A DNA stretch of 64,000 nucleotides, from the NCBI GenBank assembly GCA_041584755.1, contig JBFHDK010000003.1, positions 12,073 through 76,072 on the forward strand, in the 5' to 3' direction. This stretch comes from Porticoccaceae bacterium (GTDB taxonomy: Bacteria; Pseudomonadota; Gammaproteobacteria; Pseudomonadales; Porticoccaceae). Of the stretch, positions 20,633 through 31,423 are shown one piece after another; the stretch's first letter is position 1; every line of letters begins with the position of its first letter. Position numbers and translations under genes: made by a program. The notes beneath the pieces were generated by a model, which saw only the letters and a list, made by a program, of their open reading frames with translations, was not told where the DNA came from and did not search any database.

Positions 20633-22369
20633 GTGGAAAATCTTTCCGGCGGTGAAATCCTGGTTCGTGCGCTTAAAGATGCGGGCGTCAGGCATCTGTG
20701 GGGCTATCCCGGTGGGGCGGCTCTGCATATTTACGATGCCATCTTCAAACAGGATGAAGTCAAACATATATTGATGCGCCATGAGCAGGCGGCGGTTCAT
20801 GCTGCCGACGCCTATGCGCGAGCTACTGGTGAGGTGGGTGCAGCGCTGGTGACTTCTGGTCCCGGCGCGACCAATGCCATTACCGGCATCGCAACTGCCT
20901 ATATGGACTCCATTCCTCTGGTGGTGATCTCCGGGCAGGTGCCCCAGGAAAAAATTGGCGAGGACGCTTTTCAGGAAACCGATATGATCGGTATTTCCCG
21001 GCCTGTGGTTAAGCACAGCTTTCTGGTGAAAAATCAGGAAGATATTGCCGAGACACTCGCCAAGGCTTTTTATATTGCCGCCAGTGGTCGCCCAGGCCCG
21101 GTGGTGGTGGATGTGCCCAAGGACGTTACCGACCCTAACGTACAGGTGCCTTACAAGTATCCAGAAAAAATCAAAATCCGTTCCTATCAGCCTGCGCTGC
21201 GTGGCCACTCAGGACAGATTAAACGTGCGGTTAAACTGCTATTGTCGGCAAAACGACCGGTGATTTATAGCGGTGGTGGTGTTGTTATGGGCAATGCGTC
21301 GGAGGCGCTGACGAACCTTGCCAGGTTGCTTAATTACCCCGTCACTAACACGCTTATGGGGCTGGGCGGTTTTCCCGGTTCTGATCAACAGTTTCTGGGC
21401 ATGCTGGGTATGCACGGCACCTTTGAGGCTAATACCGCCATGCATCATGCCGATGTTATTCTTGCCGTTGGCGCCCGTTTTGACGACCGGGTGACCAACA
21501 CGCCGGACAAGTTTTGTCCCTCGGCCAAGATCATTCATATTGATGTGGACCCTTCATCCATCAGCAAAACGGTGCCGGTGGACATTCCCATTGTTGGCCC
21601 CTGCGACGTGGTGTTGGCGGATATGCTGACCCTGATAGAAGCTGGCAAGGACAGGCCCGACAGTGATGCCATCAGCGAGTGGTGGCAGCAGATCGATGGT
21701 TGGCGCGAGCGCTATGGCCTTTACACCCGACCGCGTTATGAGCCCAGTGATGGCAAGCTGATTAAACCCCAGGATGCCATCAAGGCCCTCTATAAGGTCA
21801 CCGAAGGTCAAGCGTACATTACTTCGGATGTGGGCCAGCACCAGATGTTCGCCGCCCAGTACTATCTGTTTGACAAGCCCCGTCAGTGGTTTAACTCTGG
21901 CGGCCTCGGCACCATGGGCTATGGCCTGCCGGCGGCGATGGGTGTGCAGATGGCCTTCCCTGATGCCCCGGTGGCCTGTGTCACGGGAGAGGGCAGCATC
22001 CAGATGTGTATTCAGGAGCTATCCGCCTGTACCCAGCACCAGTTGCCGGTGAAGATTATAATTCTCAACAATCAGGCTTTGGGAATGGTTAAGCAGTGGC
22101 AGGATATGCAATACGGCAGCCGTTACTCTCATGTGCTCTATGAAGACTCCCTGCCAGATTTCGTCAAGCTGGCGGAATCTTACGGCCATATCGGTATGCG
22201 GGTGGAGCACCTGGACGAGCTGGAATCGGGACTGGAGGAATGTTTCAGTCATAAGGATCGGGTGGTGATTCTGGATATCAGCGTCGATGAGGCCGAGCAC
22301 GTCTATCCGATGCTGATTGCGCCCGGCTCCATGCGGGACATGTGGCTCAACAAAACGGAGCGCACCTGA
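20633..22369 (+). CDS. ilvI: acetolactate synthase, large (catalytic) subunit
   Basis: 578 aa. GTG start with GAGGTAG SD. ThDP-enzyme motifs ([21 protein letters not shown]). Confidence 0.9.
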   Translation: MENLSGGEILVRALKDAGVRHLWGYPGGAALHIYDAIFKQDEVKHILMRHEQAAVHAADAYARATGEVGAALVTSGPGATNAITGIATAYMDSIPLVVISGQVPQEKIGEDAFQETDMIGISRPVVKHSFLVKNQEDIAETLAKAFYIAASGRPGPVVVDVPKDVTDPNVQVPYKYPEKIKIRSYQPALRGHSGQIKRAVKLLLSAKRPVIYSGGGVVMGNASEALTNLARLLNYPVTNTLMGLGGFPGSDQQFLGMLGMHGTFEANTAMHHADVILAVGARFDDRVTNTPDKFCPSAKIIHIDVDPSSISKTVPVDIPIVGPCDVVLADMLTLIEAGKDRPDSDAISEWWQQIDGWRERYGLYTRPRYEPSDGKLIKPQDAIKALYKVTEGQAYITSDVGQHQMFAAQYYLFDKPRQWFNSGGLGTMGYGLPAAMGVQMAFPDAPVACVTGEGSIQMCIQELSACTQHQLPVKIIILNNQALGMVKQWQDMQYGSRYSHVLYEDSLPDFVKLAESYGHIGMRVEHLDELESGLEECFSHKDRVVILDISVDEAEHVYPMLIAPGSMRDMWLNKTERT

Positions 22370-22860
22370 TGAGAAGAATCATTTCAGTGTTGCTGGAAAA
22401 CCAGGCCGGTTCCTTGTCGCGGGTGGTGGGGTTGTTTTCCCAGCGCGGATACAATATCGACTCACTGACAGTTGCTCCTACCGAGGACCCGACCCTGTCG
22501 CGCCTAACCTTGACTACCACGGGAGACGATTTTGTTATCCAGCAGGTGACCAAGCAGCTGAACAAGCTGGTGGACGTGGTGAAAGTGCAGGACCTCACCG
22601 AGGGCGCTCACATCGAGCGGGAGTTGATGCTGTTGAAGGTGCGCGCTGAAGGGGCTGATAGGGAAGAGATCAAGCGCTGCGTGGACATCTTCCGCGGTCA
22701 AATTGTCGATGTTGGTCCCACCACCTATGTGGTGCAGATTACCGGTAATAGCGGCAAACTGGATTCTTTTATCGAGGCCCTGGGTGATGCGGTTATCCTT
22801 GAGACTGTACGCACCGGGGTTTCAGGCATTGGCCGGGGAGAGAAAGCGCTGCGGCTATGA
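22369..22860 (+). CDS. ilvH: acetolactate synthase, small (regulatory) subunit
   Basis: ATG overlaps the ilvI TGA (TGATG). [35 protein letters not shown] is the ACT domain typical of IlvH. Confidence 0.9.
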   Translation: MRRIISVLLENQAGSLSRVVGLFSQRGYNIDSLTVAPTEDPTLSRLTLTTTGDDFVIQQVTKQLNKLVDVVKVQDLTEGAHIERELMLLKVRAEGADREEIKRCVDIFRGQIVDVGPTTYVVQITGNSGKLDSFIEALGDAVILETVRTGVSGIGRGEKALRL

Positions 22861-22920
22861 TGGCGGGCTACCCTTGTGGTGGTTAACAAGCGAGTTTTTA
22901 AATAAACAGAAAATTTCTAG

Positions 22921-23982
<1,062 letters not shown>

Positions 23983-24034
23983 TCGGTCATTTTCTAGCAT
24001 GCCGCTGTTTTAACAGCAGCGGTGTAGACTCCTA

Positions 24035-24058
24035 ACGGCAGGCCTGGGCCTGCCGTTT
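24035..24058 (+). terminator. probable terminator after ilvC
   Basis: ACGGCAGG-cctggg-CCTGCCGT followed by TTTCG. A second weaker hairpin lies at 24002-24022. Confidence 0.45.
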
Positions 24059-24098
24059 CGCGTTATACTGGGCCTGTTAATCCCCTTGGTGTAAAGCG

Positions 24099-24914
24099 AT
24101 GAATAATGGCGCAGAGCAGGATCAGGACAAGCAAAACCTGTTCGCTGTGGTCAGCAGTGAAGATTCCGAAGAGCCCGAATTCGAGGAATTATCCGGCCCG
24201 GTAAAAAAGCGGCGGGGCATCTATCTGTTACCCAACCTATTGACCACGGGCGCCATGTTCGGCGGTTTCTATGCCATCCTGGCGGCCATGAACGGCAAGT
24301 TCGAGGCCGCGGCCGTGGCGATTTTCGTTGCCATGCTCTTTGATGGGCTCGATGGCCGGGTAGCGCGCATGACCCATACCGAGAGTGATTTCGGCGTTCA
24401 GTACGATAGCCTATCCGACATGGTCTCCTTTGGCGTGGCGCCGGCAGTGGTGTCTTTCAGCTGGATGCTCTATACCCTCGGCAAATTGGGCTGGGCAGGG
24501 GCTTTTATCTATGCATCCTGCGCGGCATTGCGCCTGGCGCGCTTCAATACCCAGGTGGGTACCGCCGATAGTCGTTTTTTCAGTGGTTTGGCCAGCCCGG
24601 CGGCCGCGGGGCTGGTGGCTGCCATGGTGTGGACCGGCTACGACGCTGAGCCCTCCCGTTCACTGGCGCTGATGGCCTTGTTTGTGACCGCAATTGCTGG
24701 TTTGTTGATGGTCGCGCCGTTACGCTATTCCAGCATGAAAGGCGTGGACTTTCGCGGCAGGGTGCCTTTTGTGGCGATTTTCGCCATCGTTATGGTGGTG
24801 TCCATTATTCTGATCGACCCGCCGCGTATGTTGCTGGCGATGGCCGTGATGTACGCTTTATCCGGGCCGCTGGTATGGTGCTGGCGACGCTTTAGAAAGC
24901 CCGTCGAGGGATAG
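24099..24914 (+). CDS. pssA: CDP-diacylglycerol--serine O-phosphatidyltransferase
   Basis: 271 aa membrane protein. CDP-alcohol phosphotransferase motif DGLDGRVAR...G...DSLSD. Position after ilvC as in pseudomonads. Confidence 0.85.
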   Translation: MNNGAEQDQDKQNLFAVVSSEDSEEPEFEELSGPVKKRRGIYLLPNLLTTGAMFGGFYAILAAMNGKFEAAAVAIFVAMLFDGLDGRVARMTHTESDFGVQYDSLSDMVSFGVAPAVVSFSWMLYTLGKLGWAGAFIYASCAALRLARFNTQVGTADSRFFSGLASPAAAGLVAAMVWTGYDAEPSRSLALMALFVTAIAGLLMVAPLRYSSMKGVDFRGRVPFVAIFAIVMVVSIILIDPPRMLLAMAVMYALSGPLVWCWRRFRKPVEG

Positions 24915-25127
24915 ATGCCGTTTGGATAAGGTCGGATTTCCCTGTGGCAGGTTGCACGGCTATCGTTAAAAGTCGGATGGAGACTTGGCAGAATCATAAT
25001 AATCTGCTTGAATAGCCACCTGAGCGCGGTTTTTCGTTTTAGCCCCGAAAAAGGCTTAAAAATAGAAATATCACTGCGAGAAATTCAGGTTTAGATCCAC
25101 ATATTAGGTTCAAGTAACAGCACGACC

Positions 25128-25223
25128 ATGAATATCGACCCGATCACAACAAGCAGCTTATCGCGCCCTTACTTCGCGATCGCGCTGCTGCTTGCTGCGG
25201 GCCTGCTACGCCTCCTGCCCTGA
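25128..25223 (+). promoter_or_regulatory. candidate Leu-rich leader mini-ORF upstream of leuA (31 codons)
   Basis: MNIDPITTSSLSRPYFAIALLLAAGLLRLLP*. 8 of 31 codons are Leu, in LLL, LL and LL clusters. Ends 178 nt before the leuA ATG. No clear SD or downstream terminator seen. Confidence 0.3.
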
Positions 25224-25401
25224 GGGGCATTCTACTTTCTTTCCATTCAAACTGTTTTTGTTTCCCTGATCCGGGCGTTCTCCACGCGGGCGTAGACTGG
25301 TGAGGGATATTTAAGTGGCGAGTTGCCTCTGTTAAGGCTAACTTTCCTACTCAGTTCCATTAAAATAATCCACCTGTGGTGGGTTAATTCGGAGTCAGAA
25401 C

Positions 25402-26946
25402 ATGGACCAGGACAAATTAGTAATTTTTGACACCACCTTGCGTGATGGGGAGCAAAGCCCCGGCGCGGCAATGACCAAAGAGGAAAAACTGCGCATCGCC
25501 AAGTCCCTGGAAAAGTTGGGGGTGGATGTGATTGAGGCTGGGTTCGCTATTTCTAGCCCCGGTGATTTCGCCGCCGTAAAAAGTATTGCCGATACCATCA
25601 AGGACAGTAGCGTATGCAGTCTCGCGCGTACTACTCATGCCGATATTGAAAGAGCCGCCGAGGCCCTGGCCAATGCTGCCGCGCCGCGCATTCATACATT
25701 TATTGCCACATCGCCCATCCATATGGAGTTCAAGCTGCAGATGACACCGGAGGAGGTGCTGGAGCAGTCGGTGGGTGCGGTCAGGATCGCCCGAAATTTT
25801 GTCGACGATGTGGAGTTTTCCCTCGAAGACGGCAGCCGCACCGAATTCGACTATATGTGCCGGGTGATCGAGTCGGTCATCGATGCCGGCGCCAGGACCA
25901 TTAATATTCCCGATACCGTCGGTTATGGTGAACCGGGACAGTATGGCGAGATGATTGGCCGGGTGATCGCCAATGTGCCCAATGCCGACAAGGCGATATT
26001 TTCCGTGCATTGCCACAATGACCTGGGTCTGGCGGTGGCCAATTCCCTGTCGGCGGTGATGCACGGCGCTCGCCAGGTGGAGTGCACCATCAACGGTTTG
26101 GGTGAGCGCGCCGGCAACGCCTCTCTGGAAGAAATCGTTATGGCGATCCGTACCCGCAAGGACGTTTTCCCGGTACACACCACTATCAATACCGAACAGA
26201 TTGTGCCGGTTTCCCGTCTTGTTTCGACCATTACCGGCTTCCCGGTGCAGCCGAACAAGGCTGTGGTGGGCGCCAATGCCTTTGCCCATGAATCCGGTAT
26301 TCACCAGGACGGAGTGCTCAAGTATCGGGAAACCTACGAAATCATGCGCGCCCAGGATGTTGGCTGGAATACCAACCGCCTGGTGCTGGGCAAACTTTCC
26401 GGACGGGCAGCCTTCGCCGCACGTATGGAAGAGCTGGGTATCCCCTTTGACAACAAGGCGGAAATGAACGAGGCCTTTAAGCGCTTTAAGGATCTTGCCG
26501 ATAAAAAACGGGAGATTTATGACGAGGATCTGCAGGCTTTGGTGTCCGAGGTGCAGATGGGTGAGGCGACGGAAAACTACCGCCTGGTCAGCCTGGATGT
26601 CTCCTCTAAAACCGGTCGCGCGCCGCACGCTGTCCTCACCTTGCGTAGTCACGGCAATGATCACGAAGTGGAAGCCGATGGTGACGGCCCGGTGGACGCG
26701 GTTTTCAAGGCCATTGAAAAGGTCGCCCAGAGCCGTTCGGATTTAAAGCTCTACTCCGTTAACGCTATCACCACGGGAACTGACTCCCAAGGTGAGGTGA
26801 CCGTCCGCCTGGCCCGCGAGGGACGCATTGTCAATGGCCAGGGCTCTGATACCGATATTCTGGTGGCCAGCGCCAAGGCCTACCTGAATGCACTTAACGT
26901 GATGGAAAGTCCTGACCGCCTGCATCCGCAGCTGGGCGGCGTCTAG
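25402..26946 (+). CDS. leuA: 2-isopropylmalate synthase
   Basis: 514 aa. [27 protein letters not shown]-terminal LeuA dimerisation/regulatory domain. Confidence 0.95.
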   Translation: MDQDKLVIFDTTLRDGEQSPGAAMTKEEKLRIAKSLEKLGVDVIEAGFAISSPGDFAAVKSIADTIKDSSVCSLARTTHADIERAAEALANAAAPRIHTFIATSPIHMEFKLQMTPEEVLEQSVGAVRIARNFVDDVEFSLEDGSRTEFDYMCRVIESVIDAGARTINIPDTVGYGEPGQYGEMIGRVIANVPNADKAIFSVHCHNDLGLAVANSLSAVMHGARQVECTINGLGERAGNASLEEIVMAIRTRKDVFPVHTTINTEQIVPVSRLVSTITGFPVQPNKAVVGANAFAHESGIHQDGVLKYRETYEIMRAQDVGWNTNRLVLGKLSGRAAFAARMEELGIPFDNKAEMNEAFKRFKDLADKKREIYDEDLQALVSEVQMGEATENYRLVSLDVSSKTGRAPHAVLTLRSHGNDHEVEADGDGPVDAVFKAIEKVAQSRSDLKLYSVNAITTGTDSQGEVTVRLAREGRIVNGQGSDTDILVASAKAYLNALNVMESPDRLHPQLGGV

Positions 26947-26955
26947 ATCATCGTC

Positions 26956-27705
26956 GTGCAGCCGGAATCGCGTGACTGGTATCTGTCGGCCATGGGGGTC
27001 GTGCAATACCGGCTGCGTGGTTCTTCCGGCGCTGGAGCGTCCGGTGGAAACCACGAATCGGGTATCCCCAAGGAAGAAACCAGACTCAGCCGCGGACAGC
27101 AGCCTGTGGTCACGGGTGGCCATAAGTCTGATGATGGTGCTGCCGCTATACTTAAAAGCCTGGTTGCTGAGAAGTTTGAGGCTCTTAGTGGATCGGTGAA
27201 AACCGCTGTTCCTGCCGAGGAAACCCCTGTTGAGAAGGATAGGGGAAAGCCAGAGGCCTCGGTTGCGTTTCGCCTGGCCTACTGGCGACCCTCCGAAGAT
27301 CTGCTGGTTATTGATTCCTGGCCACGGGGTCTGGGACAGGAAAGTCAGCGTATGCAACTTCTAGCCAATGTGCTCAAGTCCATTCGGCGAAAACCGCACT
27401 TGCTGCCGCCGCCTGAGTTTATCGACTGGCCGGTCGGTGGCGATGCCTCTCTGCCAGCGGCAAGCGCGTATCTGACAATGTTTATTAAAGGCCGCTATCA
27501 ACAGGCGCCGTTCAAGTGGCTACTGGCGATGGGGGAGGATTCGGCGACGTGTCTGGGGTGCGCAAGCGGGACACTGGAAACCTCCCCGGCCCCCAAGTTG
27601 ATTGAAGGTGTTGAGGTGATTTGTACCTATTCACTAACAGAAATGATCGAACGGCCAGCGTGCAAGAGGGATGTTTGGCAGGCGATTCGATTCTTATCTG
27701 CCTGA
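26956..27705 (+). CDS. holD: probable DNA polymerase III psi subunit (long form)
   Basis: GTG start. N-terminus SRDWYLSAMGVVQYRLRG resembles E. coli HolD RRDWQLQQLGITQWSLRRPG (from memory). Directly upstream of and overlapping rimI, as holD-rimI in E. coli. Low-complexity central insert. Confidence 0.5.
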   Translation: MQPESRDWYLSAMGVVQYRLRGSSGAGASGGNHESGIPKEETRLSRGQQPVVTGGHKSDDGAAAILKSLVAEKFEALSGSVKTAVPAEETPVEKDRGKPEASVAFRLAYWRPSEDLLVIDSWPRGLGQESQRMQLLANVLKSIRRKPHLLPPPEFIDWPVGGDASLPAASAYLTMFIKGRYQQAPFKWLLAMGEDSATCLGCASGTLETSPAPKLIEGVEVICTYSLTEMIERPACKRDVWQAIRFLSA

Positions 27706-27725
27706 TTGCCGGGTGGGGAAGCGCT

Positions 27726-28226
27726 TTGGCTGATACGCGGGAACAGGGGGAAATTACCCGTTTTTTCGGTGATTTTTCCTTGCGTCCGGTGGCCAGGGAA
27801 GATTTACCCACGCTAATGGAGATCGAATCCCAAGTCTCGCCCTTTCCCTGGACTGCCAAACAGTTCAGCGACAGTATCAAGGGTCATCAGGGAGTCGTCC
27901 TGGTAAAAAGTGATGAGATTGTTTCCTACCTGTTTTTTTATCGGATTCTGGATCAGGCCGAATTGCTCAATATCGCCGTTGCGCCGGACTTTCAGGGGCA
28001 TGGCCTGGGTTCCCGCTTGCTGAAATACTGCCTCGACCAGTTGCGTGAATATACCCAGCATCTGCACCTGGAAGTGCGAGCCAGCAACTTTCCGGCCATA
28101 GCACTTTATTTACGCAACGGTTTTAAGCAGGTGGGTGAGCGCCGGGGCTATTATCGTGACGGTGATAGCAGTGAAGACGCTTTACTGATGGTTTTTGATT
28201 TCCACGAAACCGGATCATTGGCGTAG
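27726..28226 (+). CDS. rimI: ribosomal-protein-alanine N-acetyltransferase
   Basis: GNAT motifs: LLNIAVAPDFQGHGLGSRLL, LEVRASNFPAIALYLRNGF. PFPWTAKQF as in E. coli RimI. Start uncertain: TTG 27726 with GGGGAAG SD, alternatives TTG 27780 or GTG 27789. The ORF is open from 27621. Confidence 0.8.
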   Translation: MADTREQGEITRFFGDFSLRPVAREDLPTLMEIESQVSPFPWTAKQFSDSIKGHQGVVLVKSDEIVSYLFFYRILDQAELLNIAVAPDFQGHGLGSRLLKYCLDQLREYTQHLHLEVRASNFPAIALYLRNGFKQVGERRGYYRDGDSSEDALLMVFDFHETGSLA

Positions 28227-28323
28227 GGGAAAGCCGCGACAAGATCGCGTGTCGTGGCACAAAGCACTATGGTTCGCGAGCTGGTAAACTCTCAATTAAT
28301 GTGTCTTCCGTTGGAGGCTGTGG

Positions 28324-28782
28324 ATGGGGATTGAACTACTTTGGTGGCACTGGATGGTGGTAGGTATCATCCTTATTATGCTGGAGGTTTTCCTCGCTAG
28401 CTTTATCTCCCTATGGTTTGGGCTTGGAGCGCTGGTGACGGGTGGTGTTGTCTGGTTCTTTCCCCAGACAAGCTTGGCTGTGGCGGTGCTTATCTGGGTT
28501 GTCGCCTCAAGCGTGTTTACCCTGGCCTGGTTCAAATTTTTCAATCCCAGAATGGTCGATAAAACCAAGGCTGGCATCTCACGGGAAGCAGCTATTGGTG
28601 AAACTGGTCAGGTTGTCAAAGCGCCATCAGGAAAGGGGCGCGGGGTGGTGCGTTTTAGCCTCCCGGTGCTCAGCGAAGATGAATGGCCCTTTATCTGTGA
28701 GTCGGAGGTCGCGGCTGGCGATCGGGTGGTTATCAGGGATTTTTCCGGTAACGCACTCGTCGTAGAGAAAGTGAACGCTTGA
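28324..28782 (+). CDS. NfeD-family membrane protein
   Basis: 152 aa. Three or four TM helices, then a C-terminal OB-like soluble domain (G.V...G.V.F....W.....I..G..V.V). Immediately upstream of an SPFH gene. Confidence 0.75.
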   Translation: MGIELLWWHWMVVGIILIMLEVFLASFISLWFGLGALVTGGVVWFFPQTSLAVAVLIWVVASSVFTLAWFKFFNPRMVDKTKAGISREAAIGETGQVVKAPSGKGRGVVRFSLPVLSEDEWPFICESEVAAGDRVVIRDFSGNALVVEKVNA

Positions 28783-28890
28783 CCGAAACGATAAGCTGCG
28801 GGTGTTGAGTTTTCGACAAATCACTGACCGCATCATAAAGAGATTGTGACCGAAAACTGAAATTTATACTGACGTACGGGAAATAGGAAT

Positions 28891-29742
28891 ATGGACGGAT
28901 CGATTGTTGTTTTTGCTATTTTGGCTCTTATTGCGGTCACTTTATATCGCGGTGTCAAACAGGTTCCCCAGGGCAGCAAGTGGGTGATTCAACGGCTGGG
29001 TAAATATCACCAGACACTGTCGCCGGGCCTGCAATTTATTGTTCCCTTTATCGATAACGTTGCCTATAAAGTTACTACCAAGGATATTGTGCTCGATATT
29101 CCCTCTCAGGAAGTGATCACTCTCGATAATGTAGTGATCATTGCCAATGCCGTCGCCTATATTAATATTCTGTCTCCGGAAAAAGCGGTGTACGGTGTAG
29201 AGGATTACGAAATTGCTATCCGCACGCTGGTGCAGACGTCATTGCGTTCCATTGTCGGCGAGATGAAACTGGATGACGCGCTGTCATCGCGGGATAAAAT
29301 CAAAGTTCAGTTGAAAGCATCAATTTCCGACGACATTGCCGATTGGGGAATCACCCTCAAGACGGTGGAAATTCAGGATATTAACCCCTCCAACACCATG
29401 CAAGCGGCGATGGAAGAACAGGCTGCTGCTGAACGTCAGCGCCGGGCAACGGTTACCCGCGCCGATGGTGAAAAGTCTGCCGCCATCCTCGAAGCCGATG
29501 GTCGTCTGGAAGCCTCCCGACGGGATGCGGAAGCCAAGATTGTTCTGGCCGAAGCTACACGCGAGGCTATCGAAAAAGTCACCGAGGCCGTGGGCGCCAA
29601 TGATTTGCCGGTGATGTATCTGCTCGGCGAAAACTATATTGGGGCCATGAAAGAGATGGCCGCCTCTAACAATTCAAAAATGATAGTGATTCCGGCGGAT
29701 ATTCCAGCGGCAGTCCGAGGATTGATGAATGGTCAGAGGTAG
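28891..29742 (+). CDS. SPFH/band-7 (stomatin-like) protein
   Basis: 283 aa. N-terminal TM, then VPQGSKWVIQRLGKY..., then a coiled-coil EEQAAAERQRRA region. Classic NfeD-stomatin pair. Confidence 0.85.
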   Translation: MDGSIVVFAILALIAVTLYRGVKQVPQGSKWVIQRLGKYHQTLSPGLQFIVPFIDNVAYKVTTKDIVLDIPSQEVITLDNVVIIANAVAYINILSPEKAVYGVEDYEIAIRTLVQTSLRSIVGEMKLDDALSSRDKIKVQLKASISDDIADWGITLKTVEIQDINPSNTMQAAMEEQAAAERQRRATVTRADGEKSAAILEADGRLEASRRDAEAKIVLAEATREAIEKVTEAVGANDLPVMYLLGENYIGAMKEMAASNNSKMIVIPADIPAAVRGLMNGQR

Positions 29743-29972
29743 TTTTTATATTTTAACTATACTGGCTGTGTGATGGTTTTAGGGAAAAAAGGCCTGAAAT
29801 CATAGTCAGGCCGGCAACTGGTGTAGACGCCTTTTTCCTCGATAAAGCGGTGTAATTTTTGATCCTGCCTATTAAGCCAACGCAGTTTCCGAACCAGAGC
29901 GCGATCCGCCTTTAATTCCTCCACATATTCTCGATTAGAGGCGTTGTTTATTACCGGTAAGTCAGTAATCGG

Positions 29973-30869
29973 TCATTGAAGTCGTTGGCTAAGGAATTTT
30001 GTGAATTCGGAAATATGTTCCAATGATCCGATAATAAAGTCATCTTGTCCAAAGACATGCTTTACTGATCTGAAATTTGGCTTTCCAGATAAAAACCTGC
30101 ATTGATAATTGTCTACGAACTCTGTTCTAAAATTAGAATTTTTTATCGTGGTAAATAAGTTGTCGTGGTCAAATCCTTTGGCTTCGCGCTGTGAAAAGGA
30201 CGGACCCTTGATAGATCGATAATAGTTAAACCTCGATAAGGCTCTCTCAACCGGGTCACGAACGATGCCGATATACAATTTTTTGTTTTCCATGAAGCGG
30301 TATTCGCTGTACGGTTCGTGCCCTCCTATGACGCGAGAGTTCAGCCATCGGTTTTTATTAATAATCCTCGATGTCGAGAGGCTGGTGTCTTCGGGGTAGT
30401 TTTTTTCAAGTAGAAATTCAAACGCTTTCCCCGCTGTCTTTGGGATATGTAGATATATTAATTTGGGTATATGGCCGTAACTTTCGTTTAGACGCGCTAT
30501 TTTCAGCTCACTTCTCGCTATGTAAACCCGCCGTTTCGCTAGCGAAATATATTCTGGATGATCAAAAATATATCGGTGTAGTTCGAGTAAAGACTTGTGT
30601 TTGGCGGCATCTCTTAGCTCTCCAGGGTCTGCTGGACGGTTTAATAACAAGATGAATAATCGCTCAGTGAGGGCATTGGTGGATGCTATATTCGCTAGTC
30701 TTGCTTTGCAGTAATTGTCGTTGTATTCGTCCGAGGAGAGTATTTGATCAACCAGTTGAAATATATCTGTCAAGCCGTCAATGTATTCCTTGACCATGTG
30801 ATCGTTTTCAGGACGCCGACCAAGCAGGAGATCGTACGCATTATTGATTTGTTCTCGGGATGCTGACAT
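29973..30869 (-). CDS. sulfotransferase-family protein, ORF as terminated by TGA 29973-29975 (see findings; the frame stays open to 29757)
   Basis: Start at ATG 30869, 8 nt after the regA stop. HIPKTAGKAFEF (5'-PSB-like), IVRDPVERALSRFNYY, DNYQCRFLSG motifs of the Sulfotransfer_2-like family. N-terminal DUF4214-like LLLGRRPEND. Sampled GC is 33-37%, against about 65% in the neighbours. Confidence 0.6.
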   Translation of the reverse strand: MSASREQINNAYDLLLGRRPENDHMVKEYIDGLTDIFQLVDQILSSDEYNDNYCKARLANIASTNALTERLFILLLNRPADPGELRDAAKHKSLLELHRYIFDHPEYISLAKRRVYIARSELKIARLNESYGHIPKLIYLHIPKTAGKAFEFLLEKNYPEDTSLSTSRIINKNRWLNSRVIGGHEPYSEYRFMENKKLYIGIVRDPVERALSRFNYYRSIKGPSFSQREAKGFDHDNLFTTIKNSNFRTEFVDNYQCRFLSGKPNFRSVKHVFGQDDFIIGSLEHISEFTKFLSQRLQ

Positions 30870-30877
30870 GTCTTGAG

Positions 30878-31423
30878 TTACAGTTTTCTGGGTTTTTTGC
30901 TGAGTTTTCGTTGAAGTGTTCTTCGATGCATTCCCAATGAGCGCGCGGTAGCGGAGACATTCCCCTGGTGTTGCTCCAGCACGCGTTGGATATGTTCCCA
31001 CTCCATCCGGTCTATCGACGGAGGGTTTTCCGCCAGGCTGGTTTCCGGATCGCCGGTGGTTTTTTCAAAGGCGTTGATAATTTCCTCGACGCTGGCGGGT
31101 TTGCACAGATAGTGTTCGGCCCCCAGCTTTATCGCTTCCACGGCGGTCGCGATGCTTGAATAACCGGTCAAAATCACGATTGACGCCCGGGGATTAGCCG
31201 CTTTCAGCTGCTGAATCAAGTGCAGGCCCGAGCTTTGTTCGAGTTTTAAATCCAGGACAATACGCCGCGGTATCTGTAGACGATTGGCTTCCAGCGCTCC
31301 GGCTTCGTCGTGCGCAATGCCTACCTTTTTGCCCAGCCGCGTAAGGCTCCGGGCAAGTATTTGGGCAAAGACTTCATCATCGTCGATAACCAGATAGGTA
31401 TCCACAGCAGAAGTATTGCTCAT
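30878..31423 (-). CDS. regA: redox-responsive response regulator, RegA/ActR/PrrA/RoxR family
   Basis: 181 aa. Receiver domain (DDD...D..L), then the near-invariant Fis-type HTH GNVSATARSLGMHRRTLQRKL. Start overlaps the kinase stop. Confidence 0.85.
   Translation of the reverse strand: MSNTSAVDTYLVIDDDEVFAQILARSLTRLGKKVGIAHDEAGALEANRLQIPRRIVLDLKLEQSSGLHLIQQLKAANPRASIVILTGYSSIATAVEAIKLGAEHYLCKPASVEEIINAFEKTTGDPETSLAENPPSIDRMEWEHIQRVLEQHQGNVSATARSLGMHRRTLQRKLSKKPRKL

Noticed and set aside
25417-26664. 415-aa minus-strand ORF.
   Set aside because: It lies entirely antisense to leuA and has no recognisable motifs. It is an artefact of codon bias.
28324-29742. The NfeD plus SPFH/band-7 pair as a candidate defence module.
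   Set aside because: This two-gene pair is a ubiquitous housekeeping membrane-scaffold operon. No nuclease, ATPase or other effector gene is attached.
29782-29812. Hairpin plus T-run as the simple terminator of the sulfotransferase gene.
   Set aside because: It is a good terminator shape on the minus strand. However, it sits inside the 71-codon in-frame extension, so its role depends on whether the TGA is genuine. It is discussed in the findings rather than called as a feature.
29973-29975. Selenocysteine recoding at the in-frame TGAs (this one and 43158-43160).
   Set aside because: No SECIS-like stem-loop follows either TGA; there is only a weak 5-bp ATTAC...GTAAT pairing. Neither protein family is a known selenoprotein, and no sel genes are in the window.
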